The notes below the pieces were generated by a model, which was not told the DNA's origin, ran no database searches, and saw only the letters and a program-made list of their open reading frames with translations. This document shows positions 51,053-61,419 of a DNA stretch of 64,000 nucleotides, piece by piece. Within the stretch, counting starts at the first letter, position 1. Every line of letters starts with the position of its first letter. Source of the stretch: an uncultured Acidobacteriaceae bacterium (lineage in GTDB: Bacteria > Acidobacteriota > Terriglobia > Terriglobales > Acidobacteriaceae); contig CAVXKP010000006.1 of assembly GCA_963762375.1 (NCBI GenBank), positions 27-64,026 of the forward strand. Reading direction: 5' to 3'. The translations under genes and the position numbers were made by a program.

Positions 51053-51851
51053 CTCTCATCCGATGCCGAATCGGCGCGACCACAGCCGTGTCGCCCCCTT
51101 CAGCACTCTCAATACTTAGACTACTTCCCGCCCTCCCCACGATGACACTTCGTTCATACCTCCGCACCCCCTCGCCACCCTCACCCTCTACGCCCGCCCT
51201 CCGTCCCTTATCCCTCGCCGTCCGCGCAGGACCGCCAGACCGCGGGACTGCAGGACCCCATGTCGCCGGCAGCACCCCCAACAGCCCAATCCACAATCCA
51301 AATCCCGCCACCACCCAACCCTGCGCCGCGTGCCCCGGCACCGTCCATCCCGCCACGTACCCGCACAACAGAAACACCATCATCCCCCAGATCGCCGACC
51401 CCAGCACCAACAGCGGCCACCGCAGCCTGCGCCGTCCCACCAGCCCCTCCAGCCCCAGCCCCGCCAGCCACCACGCCGGCAGCCCATACACCGGCATCGC
51501 CACCAGGCTCCCCGTCCACACATCCAGCCGCCGCGGATACCACAGCGACGGATTCGTCAGCGCAATCGCCACCGGCATCTCCACCAGCGCCCCCGGCAGC
51601 TCCATCGCCGTAATCGCGTGCGCATGCGTCACCACCGCCGCGTTCACCGCAAACGGCAGAAAATTCTCCGCCAGCACCGTCCCATGAAACGCCCCCACCG
51701 TCACCGCCGCACGCTTCCCCTGCCGCGCCACCGCCCGCAACTCCCCATACGTGCGCACCGCCGGCACCGCCACAACCACTCCCCACACCACCAGCGCCAG
51801 CACTGGCAGCAGCCCCGTAAACCGCCACGACCTGATTCGCTCCCACCGCAC
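50976..51851 (-). CDS. hypothetical membrane protein (3' end uncertain)
   Basis: Four hydrophobic segments; G-ending codon pattern typical of minus-strand genes here. Confidence 0.5.
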   Translation of the reverse strand: MRWERIRSWRFTGLLPVLALVVWGVVVAVPAVRTYGELRAVARQGKRAAVTVGAFHGTVLAENFLPFAVNAAVVTHAHAITAMELPGALVEMPVAIALTNPSLWYPRRLDVWTGSLVAMPVYGLPAWWLAGLGLEGLVGRRRLRWPLLVLGSAIWGMMVFLLCGYVAGWTVPGHAAQGWVVAGFGLWIGLLGVLPATWGPAVPRSGGPARTARDKGRRAGVEGEGGEGVRRYERSVIVGRAGSSLSIESAEGGDTAVVAPIRHRMRDDVRRFLLGRRSCSGWWKHKGGGCW

Positions 51852-51902
51852 CCCGCCAGCTTAGCGCAAACCATCTATCCTAAGTCTCAACGCCTTTCAC
51901 CA

Positions 51903-51951
51903 CCCACTACTCACTTCTCACTACTCACTACTCACTTCTCACTTCTCACTG
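51903..51951 (+). repeat. heptamer tandem repeat (CTCACTW)~7 directly upstream of prmC
   Basis: Read directly from the sequence. Confidence 0.88.
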
Positions 51952-51956
51952 CCTCT

Positions 51957-52808
51957 ATGACTCTCCGCGAAGCCCTGACCGAAGCCGCCACCACCATCGA
52001 CCGCCGCGAGGCCGAGACCCTCCTCGCCCACCTCCTCTTCCGCGACCGCCCCTGGCTCATCGCCCACGCCGAGACCGAGCTCTCCGCCACCCTGCTCAAC
52101 GCCTACCGCTCCCTCATCGCCCGCCGCTCCGCCAAAGAGCCCATCCAGTACCTCACCGGCCACCAGGAGTTCTACGGCCTCAACCTCCGCGTCACCCGCG
52201 ACACCCTCATCCCCCGCCCCGAAACCGAGCTCCTCGTCGAAGCCGTCCTCCACTGGATCGCCGCCCGCCCCGCCCTCCGCACACCGCGCATCCTCGACAT
52301 CGGCACCGGCACCGGCGCCATCGCCATCGCCCTCGCCGCCAACCTTCCCTCCGCCAACATCACCGCCACCGACCTCTACCCCGCCCCTCTCTCCGTCGCC
52401 CAGCACAACGCCGGCCGCCTCCACCTCGGCCATCGCATCACCTTCCTCCAGTCCGACCTCCTCGCCGCCCCCCAGCTCCAATCCGCCCCACCCTTCGACG
52501 TCATCGTCTCCAACCCTCCCTACGTCTCCCTCTACGACGCCGCCACCATGCCCGACGAGGTCCTCAAGCACGAACCCCACACCGCCCTCTTCGCCGGCCC
52601 GCACGGCCTCGACATCTACCGCCGCCTCCTCCCCGCCGCCCACGTCGCCCTCAAACCCGAAGGCCTCCTCGCCCTCGAGTTCGGCTTCGGCCAGCTCGAA
52701 GCCCTCAAAGCCCTCTTCGAACGCCCCCTCAACGGCCCCTGGCAGGACCTGCACTTCCTCAACGACTACGCCCAGATCCCCCGCATCGCCCTCGCCACCC
52801 GCCCCTGA
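51957..52808 (+). CDS. prmC: release factor glutamine methyltransferase
   Basis: EPIQYLTG.QEFYG, LIPRPETE, LDIGTGTGAI, VSNPPY. Confidence 0.95.
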   Translation: MTLREALTEAATTIDRREAETLLAHLLFRDRPWLIAHAETELSATLLNAYRSLIARRSAKEPIQYLTGHQEFYGLNLRVTRDTLIPRPETELLVEAVLHWIAARPALRTPRILDIGTGTGAIAIALAANLPSANITATDLYPAPLSVAQHNAGRLHLGHRITFLQSDLLAAPQLQSAPPFDVIVSNPPYVSLYDAATMPDEVLKHEPHTALFAGPHGLDIYRRLLPAAHVALKPEGLLALEFGFGQLEALKALFERPLNGPWQDLHFLNDYAQIPRIALATRP

Positions 52809-52818
52809 TCGATCTCCC

Positions 52819-53140
52819 CTAAAACAAATCCCCCACCGGAGGAAACGTCAGCAACACCCCCACCCCCAGCAACACCAGCGCCACCACGCAAACCCTCCCC
52901 ACCGCGACGCTCCTCGTCCCCCACCGCCACTCCAGCACCCCCCAGCACCCCAGCCAGATCAAAATCGCCACCGTCGTCACCCCCGACAGCGGCCCCGTCG
53001 GCCTATAAAAAATCATCGCGCTCTTCACCGCCGGCGCTCTTGTCCCCCGCCACCGCCATCACGCCCAGCGCCATCGCCCCTATCCCCGCCGCCAGGATCG
53101 CCGCCGCCCCCGATCCGTTCGTCCTCTCCTCTACGCTCAT
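52819..53140 (-). CDS. small 3-TM hypothetical protein (frameshifted)
   Basis: TNGSGAAAILAAGIG...FYRPTGPLSGVTT...WL..W; start overlaps the upstream stop (ATGA). Confidence 0.6.
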
Positions 53141-53701
53141 CGACCGCCTCCATCCATCGAAATCACCGCCCCACCCCCGACCGGCGCATGCTTATTGATC
53201 ATCGCGCCAAAGAACCCGGCCACCCCCGCCGCCGCAAACGACACCAGCGCAAACCCCAGCACCGCCGCCCGCAACTGTCGCTGCCTCCCCAGCTCCCTCC
53301 CATAGCGCAGAAACACAAACGCCACCATCGTGATCGAGATCGGCGTCAGCCACGCCACATGCTCCTTCCACTCCATCCCCAGCGAGTGCCACCCGCTCGT
53401 CGCCGCGCTATGCATCAACAGCCGCTGCGGATACCCCGCCAAATCCACCGTCCCCGCCGGCGCCACCGCCCGATACCACGGATACACCACATACGCCCCC
53501 GTCAGCACCGCGCCCCACGCCAGCACCACCATCACCAGCAGATACACCTTCAGAAACCTCTCCTGCCCAGCGGTCATCTCGCCCCCGTCCCACGGTGATC
53601 CGCCACAACTCCACCAGCGCCCCCGAGCAAGCCAGCAGATACAGCACCCCAAACCCCATCCCATGCACCATCGTCCAAAGCTCCCGCACCGTCACCTGCA
53701 T
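53137..53701 (-). CDS. 4-TM hypothetical membrane protein with conserved-looking His residues; frameshift near 53585
   Basis: MVHGMGFG..., YPWYR, GWHSLGMEWKEHVAW. Confidence 0.65.
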
Positions 53702-53729
53702 CTTTCCCTCCGTCCCGATCCGTCGTTAC

Positions 53730-53968
53730 CCTTGCCCTTGCCGTTGCCGTTGCGCTTGCCGTTCTTTCTGTCATTCCCTCTGGGAATCTGCTTCTTCTCT
53801 TGCCTTTGCCCTTGCTCGTTTTACGCCGTCATCCTGACCCTCGAGCGTAGCGAAGGGGAAGGACCCCTGTCTTTGTCTTTGCCGTTGCCGTTGCCGTTGC
53901 CGTTGCCTTTGCCTTTGCCTTTGCCTTTGCTAGAAGCTAGAAGCTAGAAGCTAGAAGCTAGAAGCTAG
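53730..53968 (+). repeat. mosaic repeat cluster: (TTGCCN)n, ATTCCC-tct-GGGAAT palindrome, GTCATCCTGA...GAAGGACCCC hairpin, (GCTAGAA)5
   Basis: Same modules in the same order recur at 61420-61768. Confidence 0.88.
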
Positions 53969-53998
53969 CTAACAGCGAACACCCAGCAGCGAACAACC

Positions 53999-54859
53999 CT
54001 ACCCCCCACCCTGCACCCTCGCCCCCCCTCCACCCTCCTTCTTATCCTTCCCCCACGTCTTATACAGCCCCAAGTACCCATAGTTCTCCGTCTGCCCCGC
54101 CACCGAGTGCCCATACGCAAACAGCAGCTGCCATCCCGGCGACTTGAAGTGGTAGTACCCTCCCGCATCCACCATCGCCGACGCCTCCGTCTGCGCCGCC
54201 GCAAACCCCTCCCGCGCATGCGAGAACATCTCCACCGACAGCTCCAGCCGCTCATTCACCACCCGCTTCACCAGCACCCCGCCATACAAATAATTCCGAT
54301 ACCCCACCTGCGGCTGCACCGTGTACCCCATCCCCCCGCACAGGCTCCACGGACCAAACTCCTTCTCCGCCCACAGCGGCAGCTTGTACCAGACCTTCCC
54401 CACCCCCAGCCCCTTCGCATAACTCCCCGTCGGTATCTCGAACATCGTGAACGACCCAATCTGCGGCCGATGCCTGGTCTGCTTGATGAATCCCCACTTG
54501 AACCCCAGCTCCGTGTCCGTCACCCCAAACGCACTCGGCCCCGTCCCTCCCGGAAGATACGCCGGCCGATTCGACGGCCACACCCCTCCCAACGGCACAA
54601 TCGCATGCAGTTGAATATTCGGCACCGCCCCCCAATTGAATTCAAACGCCGGTCCCGCCGTATCCATCTCCGCCGGCGTCCCATCCGCCGACCCAAACAC
54701 ATACGCCTCATAGTGCCCCAGGTCCACCGGCGTCGGATCATCGGTCTGAAACGGTGGCCCCGCCTGCCCCCACGCCCTCGCTCCGCCCGCCGCCAGCAGG
54801 CACACCACGGCGCACACGCCCACCGAACACCATCGAGCTAACCCGCCCAACCTGCGCAT
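53999..54859 (-). CDS. outer-membrane beta-barrel transporter-like protein (GPPFxTDD family)
   Basis: Signal peptide, AGPPFQTDDPTPV, alternating beta-strands, G.TDTELGFKW. Confidence 0.7.
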   Translation of the reverse strand: MRRLGGLARWCSVGVCAVVCLLAAGGARAWGQAGPPFQTDDPTPVDLGHYEAYVFGSADGTPAEMDTAGPAFEFNWGAVPNIQLHAIVPLGGVWPSNRPAYLPGGTGPSAFGVTDTELGFKWGFIKQTRHRPQIGSFTMFEIPTGSYAKGLGVGKVWYKLPLWAEKEFGPWSLCGGMGYTVQPQVGYRNYLYGGVLVKRVVNERLELSVEMFSHAREGFAAAQTEASAMVDAGGYYHFKSPGWQLLFAYGHSVAGQTENYGYLGLYKTWGKDKKEGGGGARVQGGG

Positions 54860-54961
54860 CCTGGGAACCGCCTGTGCTGACTGATCTCGCCAGCATATAC
54901 AACTCCACCCACTCCCGCCCCACCAGCCGATAAATATTCTGGACATGGATATAGTGTTGCC

Positions 54962-57194
54962 ATGCTCCCCTCCAGGCTCTTCCGCTGCGCCACCCTCCTC
55001 CTCGCCCTCACCACCTCCGCCGCCGCCCAAAGCCCCACCGCCCCCGCCGAGGCCGTCCTCCACCGCCTCATGCCGCGCCTCGCCCCCCAGTTCCACCTCA
55101 CCCTCCACCCCTCTCAGCCCGACGCCTTCCACATCACCGGCACCCCCGGCAACATCCACGTCGACGCCAGCACCCTCCCCACCCTCCTCTACGGCGTCAA
55201 CTGGTACCTCAAATACGTAGCCCACCTCCAGGTCTCCACCAACGGCCTCCAGCTCGGCCCCGCCCACCTCACCCTCCCCGCGCCGCCCTCCCCCATCACC
55301 CAGCCCGCCCTCTACAAGATCCGCTACGCCCTCAACGAAAACGCCGACGGCTACACCGCTCCCTACTGGTCCAACGACCGCTGGCAGCACGAGATCGACA
55401 TCCTCGCCCTCTCCGGCACCAACGCCATCCTCATCGAGCGCGGCGCCGACCTCGTCCTCTATCAAACCTTCCGCGACGCCGGCTACTCCGACCTCGCCAT
55501 CCGCCGCTGGATCACCCAGCCCGCCCACCAGAACTGGCAGCTTATGGGCAACATGTGCTGCTTCATCGAACCCATCTCCCTCGACCTCCTGCACCGCCGC
55601 GCCGCCTCCGCCCAGCGCATCATCGCCAGCCTCCGCGCCCTCGGCATCACCCCCGTCCTCCCCGGCTACTACGGCATCGTCCCCGCCGACTTCGCCACCC
55701 TCCACCCCGGAGCCCACGTCATCGCCCAGGGCGACTGGAACGGCTTCACCCGCCCCGGCTGGATCGATCCCCGCGACCCCTCCTTCGCCACCCTCGCCGC
55801 CAGCTTCTACCGCCACCAACAGGCCCTCTTCGGCGACACCTCCATCTACGACATGGAGATCTTCCAGGAAGGCGGCACCACCGGCGACGTCCCTCCCGGC
55901 CCCGCCGCCCAGCTCGTCCAATCCGCGCTCGAAGCCGCCCACCCCAACGCCCTCTGGTTCATGATGGCCTGGCAGAACAACCCCCTCCCCGCCGTCCTGC
56001 AGGCCCTCGACACCTCCCACGTCCTCATCGCCGACATCGAACAGGGCCGCATCCCCCGCGACCACCGCGACCAACAGTTCCGCGGCGCCGGCTGGCTCTT
56101 CGGCGGCCTCTGGGAGTTCGGCGGCCGCACCACCCTCGGCGCCCCGCTCTACGACTACGCCGTCCGCTTCCCCACCCTCGCCGCCCTCCCCGGCTCCCAC
56201 ATCACCGGCACCGCCCTCTTCACCGAAGGCCTCGACACCAACCCCTTCGCCTTCGACCTCTACACCGAGATGGCTTGGCACAAAGATCCCGTCGACCTCT
56301 CCACCTGGACCGACGCCTACGTCCTCCGCCGCTACGGCAGCCCCACCCACGACGACCAGCCCGACCCCCACGCCCAACGCGCCTGGCAGATCCTCCTCCA
56401 CACCGCCTACGGCTACCGCGCCGGCGACGGCACCGCAAAGGGCACCGGCGACGCCGACGCTCCGCAAGGCTCCCTCTTCAACGCCCAACCCTCCCTCACC
56501 ACCACCCACGCCGGCACCTGGGCTCCCCACGGCGCGCACTACCCCCTCGCCGACCTCGAGCCCGCCCTCACCGAACTCCTCCAGGTCGCCCCCTCCCTCC
56601 GCTCCTCCGAAACCTACCAGTACGATCTCGTCGACATCGCCCGCCAGGTCATGGCCAACGAATCCCGCATCATGCTCCCCGAGATCAACGCCGCCTACCA
56701 ATCCGGACGACCGCGAAGCCTTCGTCGCCCTCACCCGCCACTGGCTCCGCCGCATGCAGCTCCTCGACAACCTCCTCGCCACCAACCAGTACTTCCTCCT
56801 CGGCCGCTGGCTCAGCTACGTTCCCCCCTGGTCCTCCTCGCCCGCCGAGCTCCGTCAGCTCAACTACGACGCCCGCTCCATCCTCACCACCTGGGGCGAC
56901 CGCCACGCCTCCGAAGCCGGCCTCCACGAGTACGCCAACCGCGACTACGCCGGCCTCACCTCCACCTACTACGCCCCCCGCTGGCGCCTCTACTTCCAAT
57001 CGCTCGTACATTCGCTGGACGCGCAGCAGTCCCACTCGCCGAACGCGCCGTCCCCCATCGACTGGTACGCCTTCGGCGACCGCTGGAACCGCAGCCAAAC
57101 CACCTTCATCCCCAACCCCACCGGCAACCCCTACGCCGCTGCCCTGGCCATCGCCACCGACCTCAACCTAACCCCACCCCCACCCCACCCATAA
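54962..57194 (+). CDS. alpha-N-acetylglucosaminidase (GH89); frameshift near 56705
   Basis: NWYLKY, WQHEIDILALSG, LMGNM, PVLPGYYG, EFGG, TEG, YDARSILTTWG, LHEYANR. Confidence 0.9.
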
Positions 57195-57198
57195 CCCC

Positions 57199-57365
57199 GT
57201 CATCCTGACCCTCGAGCGTAGCGAAGGGGAAGGACCCCTGTAGTTGTTGTTGCCCTTGCTGTTGCTGTTGCTTTGCTGAGCTAAAGCTAGAAGCTAGAAG
57301 CCAAAATGCAACACCTGACAACGAACAACTGAACAACTGACACCTGACAACTGACAACGAACAAC
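57199..57365 (+). repeat. mosaic repeat cluster: nested GTCATCCT hairpin, GCTAGAA and CTGACAA heptamers
   Basis: 43 bp identical to 53828-53870. Confidence 0.88.
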
Positions 57366-57401
57366 CACCCCCCTGATATAACATCATCACCACCACCCAC
57401 C

Positions 57402-58610
57402 ATGACCGACTCCGCCATCCTCCCCACCCTCGAGCGCTCCGCCTCCATCCCCAAGTCCACCGCTGGCTCTCCGTCGACGTCCTCCGCGGCCTCACCATCG
57501 GCTTCATGATCATGGTCAACAACAACGGCGGCGGCTCCGACGCCTACTGGGCCATGAAGCACACCGACTGGAACGGCTTCACCCCCACCGACCTCGTCTT
57601 CCCCACCTTCCTCTTCCTCGTCGGCATCTCCACCGTCTTCTCCACCCAGGCCCGCCTCGCCAAAGGCGACACCAAACCCTCGCTGCTCTTCCACACCTTC
57701 CGCCGCGCCATCATCCTCTTCCTGCTCGGCCTCCTGGTCAACAGCTTCCCCTTCTTCCATCTCCACACCCTGCGCATCTACGGAGTCCTCCCCCGCATCG
57801 CCATCTGCTACCTCATCGTCGCCGTCCTCTATCTCTACAGCCCTTCGTGGAAGAACAAGGCCGTCCTCGCCGCCGCCTGTCTCATCGGCTACTGGATCCT
57901 CATGCGCTTCGTTCCCGTCCCCGGCTACGGCGTCCCCACCCACCAGATCCCGCTCCTCGACCGCGACGCCAACCTCGTCGCCTGGCTCGACCGCCACATC
58001 TTCTCCGCCTCGCATCTCTACGAACGACACCCGCGACCCCGAAGGCCTGCTCAGCACCCTCCCCGCCCTCGCCACCGCGCTCATCGGCATGTTCACCGGC
58101 ATCTGGCTCCGCTCCACCCGCAGTATCGCCGCGAAGGCCCGCGGCATCGCCTACGCCGGCTGCGTTGGCCTCCTCATCGGCGGCCTCTGGAACTTCACCT
58201 TCCCCGTCAACAAGAAGCTTTGGACCAGCTCCTACGTCCTCTACGCCGCCGGCTGGAGCCTGCTCCTCCTCGCCCTCACCATCTGGCTCATCGACATCTA
58301 CGGCGCCCGCAAAACCAACACCGCCCGCACCTCCGACCTCGACGCCCAGACCCGCAGCCGCTACATGCTGCTGCTCGTCTTCGGCACCAACGCCATCGCC
58401 GCCTACGTCTTATCCGAGCTCCTCCCCGGAGCCCTCAACCTCTTCCATCCCCAGCCCGGAGTCCCCTTCCTCCGCTGGTTCTACCTCGAGATCCTGCACG
58501 TCATCCCCTACGCCCCCATGGCCTCGATGGTCTTCTGCATCGTCTTCGCCGCCGTCTGCTGGCTCCCCATCTACGTCCTCTACCGCCGCCGCATCTTCCT
58601 CAAAATCTGA
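57402..58610 (+). CDS. heparan-alpha-glucosaminide N-acetyltransferase-like (HGSNAT/NagX) membrane protein; two frameshifts
   Basis: SVDVLRGLTI.FMIMVN, H..WNG.TPTDLVFP.FLF, GVL.RIA, DPEGLLST, P.NKKLWTSSY, FGTNAI. Confidence 0.85.
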
Positions 58611-58676
58611 CCGCGCCCCATCCCACTGCACCTTCAGAACTGAGAACTCACAACGGAGAACGGACAACGTTCTCCG

Positions 58677-59180
58677 TTACTGCCCCGCCCTCGGCAGCAG
58701 GCTGATGATGCTCACCAGCAGCACATGCAGCTGCCAGCACGTCGCCACCGCCAGCCCCAGCGCAATCGCCGACTCCAGCAGCGCCACCGGCAGATCCCGC
58801 CCCAGCGCCTTCGCCCAGTACATCCGCACCCGCACCCCGCCAAACGCTCCAATCAGCGTCCCCACCACCCCAAAGATCATCCCACCCGCCACCGGCTCAA
58901 TAATCGCATGAGCCGCCAGCCCGCCCACCAGCGCCCCAAACACCATCCGCGCCGCCAGCGGTCCCGCCGACGTCCGGCTCGGCGTCGACGGCAGCGTGTC
59001 CACCACATACTCCCCCACCGCGCACACGCTGAACACAATCACCGCCACCAGGCTTCCCACCCAGAACGCCCATCCATGTTGCGGCAACAACTGCAGCCAC
59101 GCAAACCAGCACAGCACCGCCATCGCCGTCATCGTCCGCAGCCCAACCGTCATCCCCAGCAACACAAACGAAAGTATCAA
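58677..59180 (-). CDS. DUF4126-like membrane protein
   Basis: GLRTMTA, GEYVVDTLPSTPSRT...R, D..VAL.E. Confidence 0.7.
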   Translation of the reverse strand: MILSFVLLGMTVGLRTMTAMAVLCWFAWLQLLPQHGWAFWVGSLVAVIVFSVCAVGEYVVDTLPSTPSRTSAGPLAARMVFGALVGGLAAHAIIEPVAGGMIFGVVGTLIGAFGGVRVRMYWAKALGRDLPVALLESAIALGLAVATCWQLHVLLVSIISLLPRAGQ

Positions 59181-59240
59181 GCCCGGCCCCCGCGATCGTC
59201 TTGTCGTTACTCACTTCTCTACTTCTCACTCTCACTGCCT

Positions 59241-60780
59241 CTAATGCGTCTCCACCATCTTCTCCGCAAGCGCATGCAGCCCGCGCCATTCTCCGGACGG
59301 GTATAGAACATATGACCGCCCGGGAACTCATGCACCTGCACCTGGCTCGCCAGCTTCACCGGCAGCTCATTCTGCGTCAGCAGCGATCCCATGAACGGGC
59401 ACGACAGATCATTCCATCCATGCACGATCAGCACATTCAGCTTCGGATCCGCAGCCACCGCCTCGCGCAGATCCTCCACCGCGCCCTCCCGCAGCGTCGG
59501 CCCCGACCGGTCCCAATCCCGGTTCACCTCATACGACAGCGCATAGTACTGCGCATCCGTCTTCCACCCCACCGTGCTCGTAATGAAGTTCACCATCGCC
59601 GTCGTCGTCGGAGCCACAATGCTCTCCAGGATCGGGTCGCTCGACTCCTGGTCCGGAGCAGAACGGGAACGGATCCGGCGCCGTCACATTCGAGTCATAC
59701 ACACTCCCGATCTCGCCCTTCTCCCGATGCACCTCGCGCAGATACGCCCCCGTCTCCAGCCGCCCGCCCGAGTACTTCACAAACTCCGGATCCAGCCCCG
59801 TCATCTCCGTCACCTTCGCGATCATCGCGTCGGTCGCCGCCTTGTCGGCCGGTCCCTTGATCAGCGCCGTCGCATACTCGCCCTCGGTGTACGCAATCAC
59901 CTCCTGCATCGCCGCATCGGTGAGCTTGTGCTCGTTCTCCAGATGCGCCGCCGTAATCGACGGCAGCGTGATCATCCACGGAATCGGCGAAGATATGCCC
60001 ATCCCCAAACGACGGATTCAGGTACGGGCTCACCAGCACCAGCCCATTCATCGCCACGCCCAGCTGCGACTGCATATAGTGCGTCATCCGCGGTCCGCGA
60101 TACCCGCCATAGCTCTCGCCGATCAGGTACTTCTTATCCAGCATCCGGTCGTTCTTCACCAGCCACTTGTAGATCACCAGCGACAGGTACTGAATGTCCG
60201 GCGTCGGCGAATAGAACAGCTTCTTGGTCTCCGCCTCATCCACCAGCGACTTCGAAAATCCCGTCCCGATCGGGTCGATGAACACCTCATCGGTAAAGTC
60301 CAGCCACGTCCCCGGATTATCCGTCAGCGTCGCCGGATCGCTCGCCGAATCGCCCGCATTCGCAAACGAGATATGCTTCGGCCCAATCGCCCCCAGGTTC
60401 AAATACACGCTCGAAGCCCCCGGCCCGCCATTCACCGCAAACAGCACCGGCCGATCCGGAGCTCCCTTCTCGTGATCCAGCGTATAGGCCGTATACATCA
60501 CATCGCCCGTCGGCTTGCCCTTCTCATCGGTCAGCCGGATCGTTCCCACCGTCGCCGTATAGTGCAGCGTCTGGCCATGCACCGTAATCGTCTGCTCCAC
60601 AGACTTATCCGCGAGGCACCTCCTCCGCCTTCACCTCGCCGGCTTCGCATCCGCCGCCTTCGCCGCATCCGCCGCCGGCTTCTCCGCTCCATCGTGCGGA
60701 TGTTGCGCCACCGCCGGAAGACTCAGCAAAACAGGAAGACTCAGCAGCAGGAGCGCGGGAGAAAAGCGTCGAAAGTTCAT
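59241..60780 (-). CDS. S10 family serine carboxypeptidase; several frameshifts
   Basis: Signal peptide; NGGPGASS, FIDPIGTGFS, GESYGG, GGHMFY. Confidence 0.88.
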
Positions 60781-60815
60781 ATCGATACTGTACCCTGCCA
60801 ACCTATAATTCAGCC

Positions 60816-61360
60816 ATGCGAGCCCCCTCCTGTGCCTCCCTCGCAACGGGCCCTGTCGCGATGGTTCTCCTGCTGGCTCTCCCGCTGCTCTCTACGCCCA
60901 CCCCTGCCCAAACCCCAATCCCCACCAGCACCCAAGCCTCCACCAGCACGCAGACCACAACCCCCGCCTCAACCCCCGCCCCACTCCCATCGACCTCACC
61001 ATCCGCATGCTCAACGGCAAATCCGGCAAGCCCCTGGGCAACCGGTTCATCGCCGTCGAGTTCCAGAACAGCCCCCAGAAGTCCATGATCTACATCAACA
61101 AACAAGGCATCGGCGATCTCGAGATCCCACCCGGCGCCACCGCCTTCTCCCTCATCGCTCCCGCCAAGAAGCTCGGCGCCAACCAGGCCGCCTACATCGT
61201 CTGCGGCCCCTTCGGCCAGCTCATCTCCGTCCAGGACGTCCTCCACCACGGCTTCGTCCCCCACGACGAATGCAACGCCAACCTGAACCTCACCGCCACC
61301 CCCGGCGAGCTCTTCTACCTCATCGAACCCCTCCCCTGGTACACCCCCGCCCTCGAATAA
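60816..61360 (+). CDS. hypothetical secreted protein; frameshift near 60975
   Basis: Signal peptide and Thr/Pro linker, then IRMLNGKSGKP...HGFV..C...PGE..P.PW. Confidence 0.55.
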
Positions 61361-61419
61361 CCCGCCCCATTGCCGCAGCCGCTCCCCTCCCCGCCCTCGC
61401 CGCCGCCCTTGCTCGCTCT

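Noticed and set aside
53828..53870. Hammerhead ribozyme in the CTGA...GAA hairpins
   Set aside because: The full CUGANGA/GAAA/NUH three-way junction is absent; a simple tandem-GA hairpin explains the sequence.
613..56785. Very long antisense or alternative-frame ORFs (e.g. 20694..22286-, 39030..41810+, 48562..50535+, upper part of 53999..56785-)
   Set aside because: Shadow ORFs caused by high GC and extreme third-position C/G bias; low-complexity translations with no recognisable motifs.
590..61000. Numerous frameshifts (ABC permease, SDR, chrA, GH89, HGSNAT, S10 peptidase and others) as pseudogenes or programmed frameshifting
   Set aside because: They are single-base shifts with no in-frame stops or decay of motifs, often near G/C runs and without a shared slippery signal. 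This is typical of long-read indel error.
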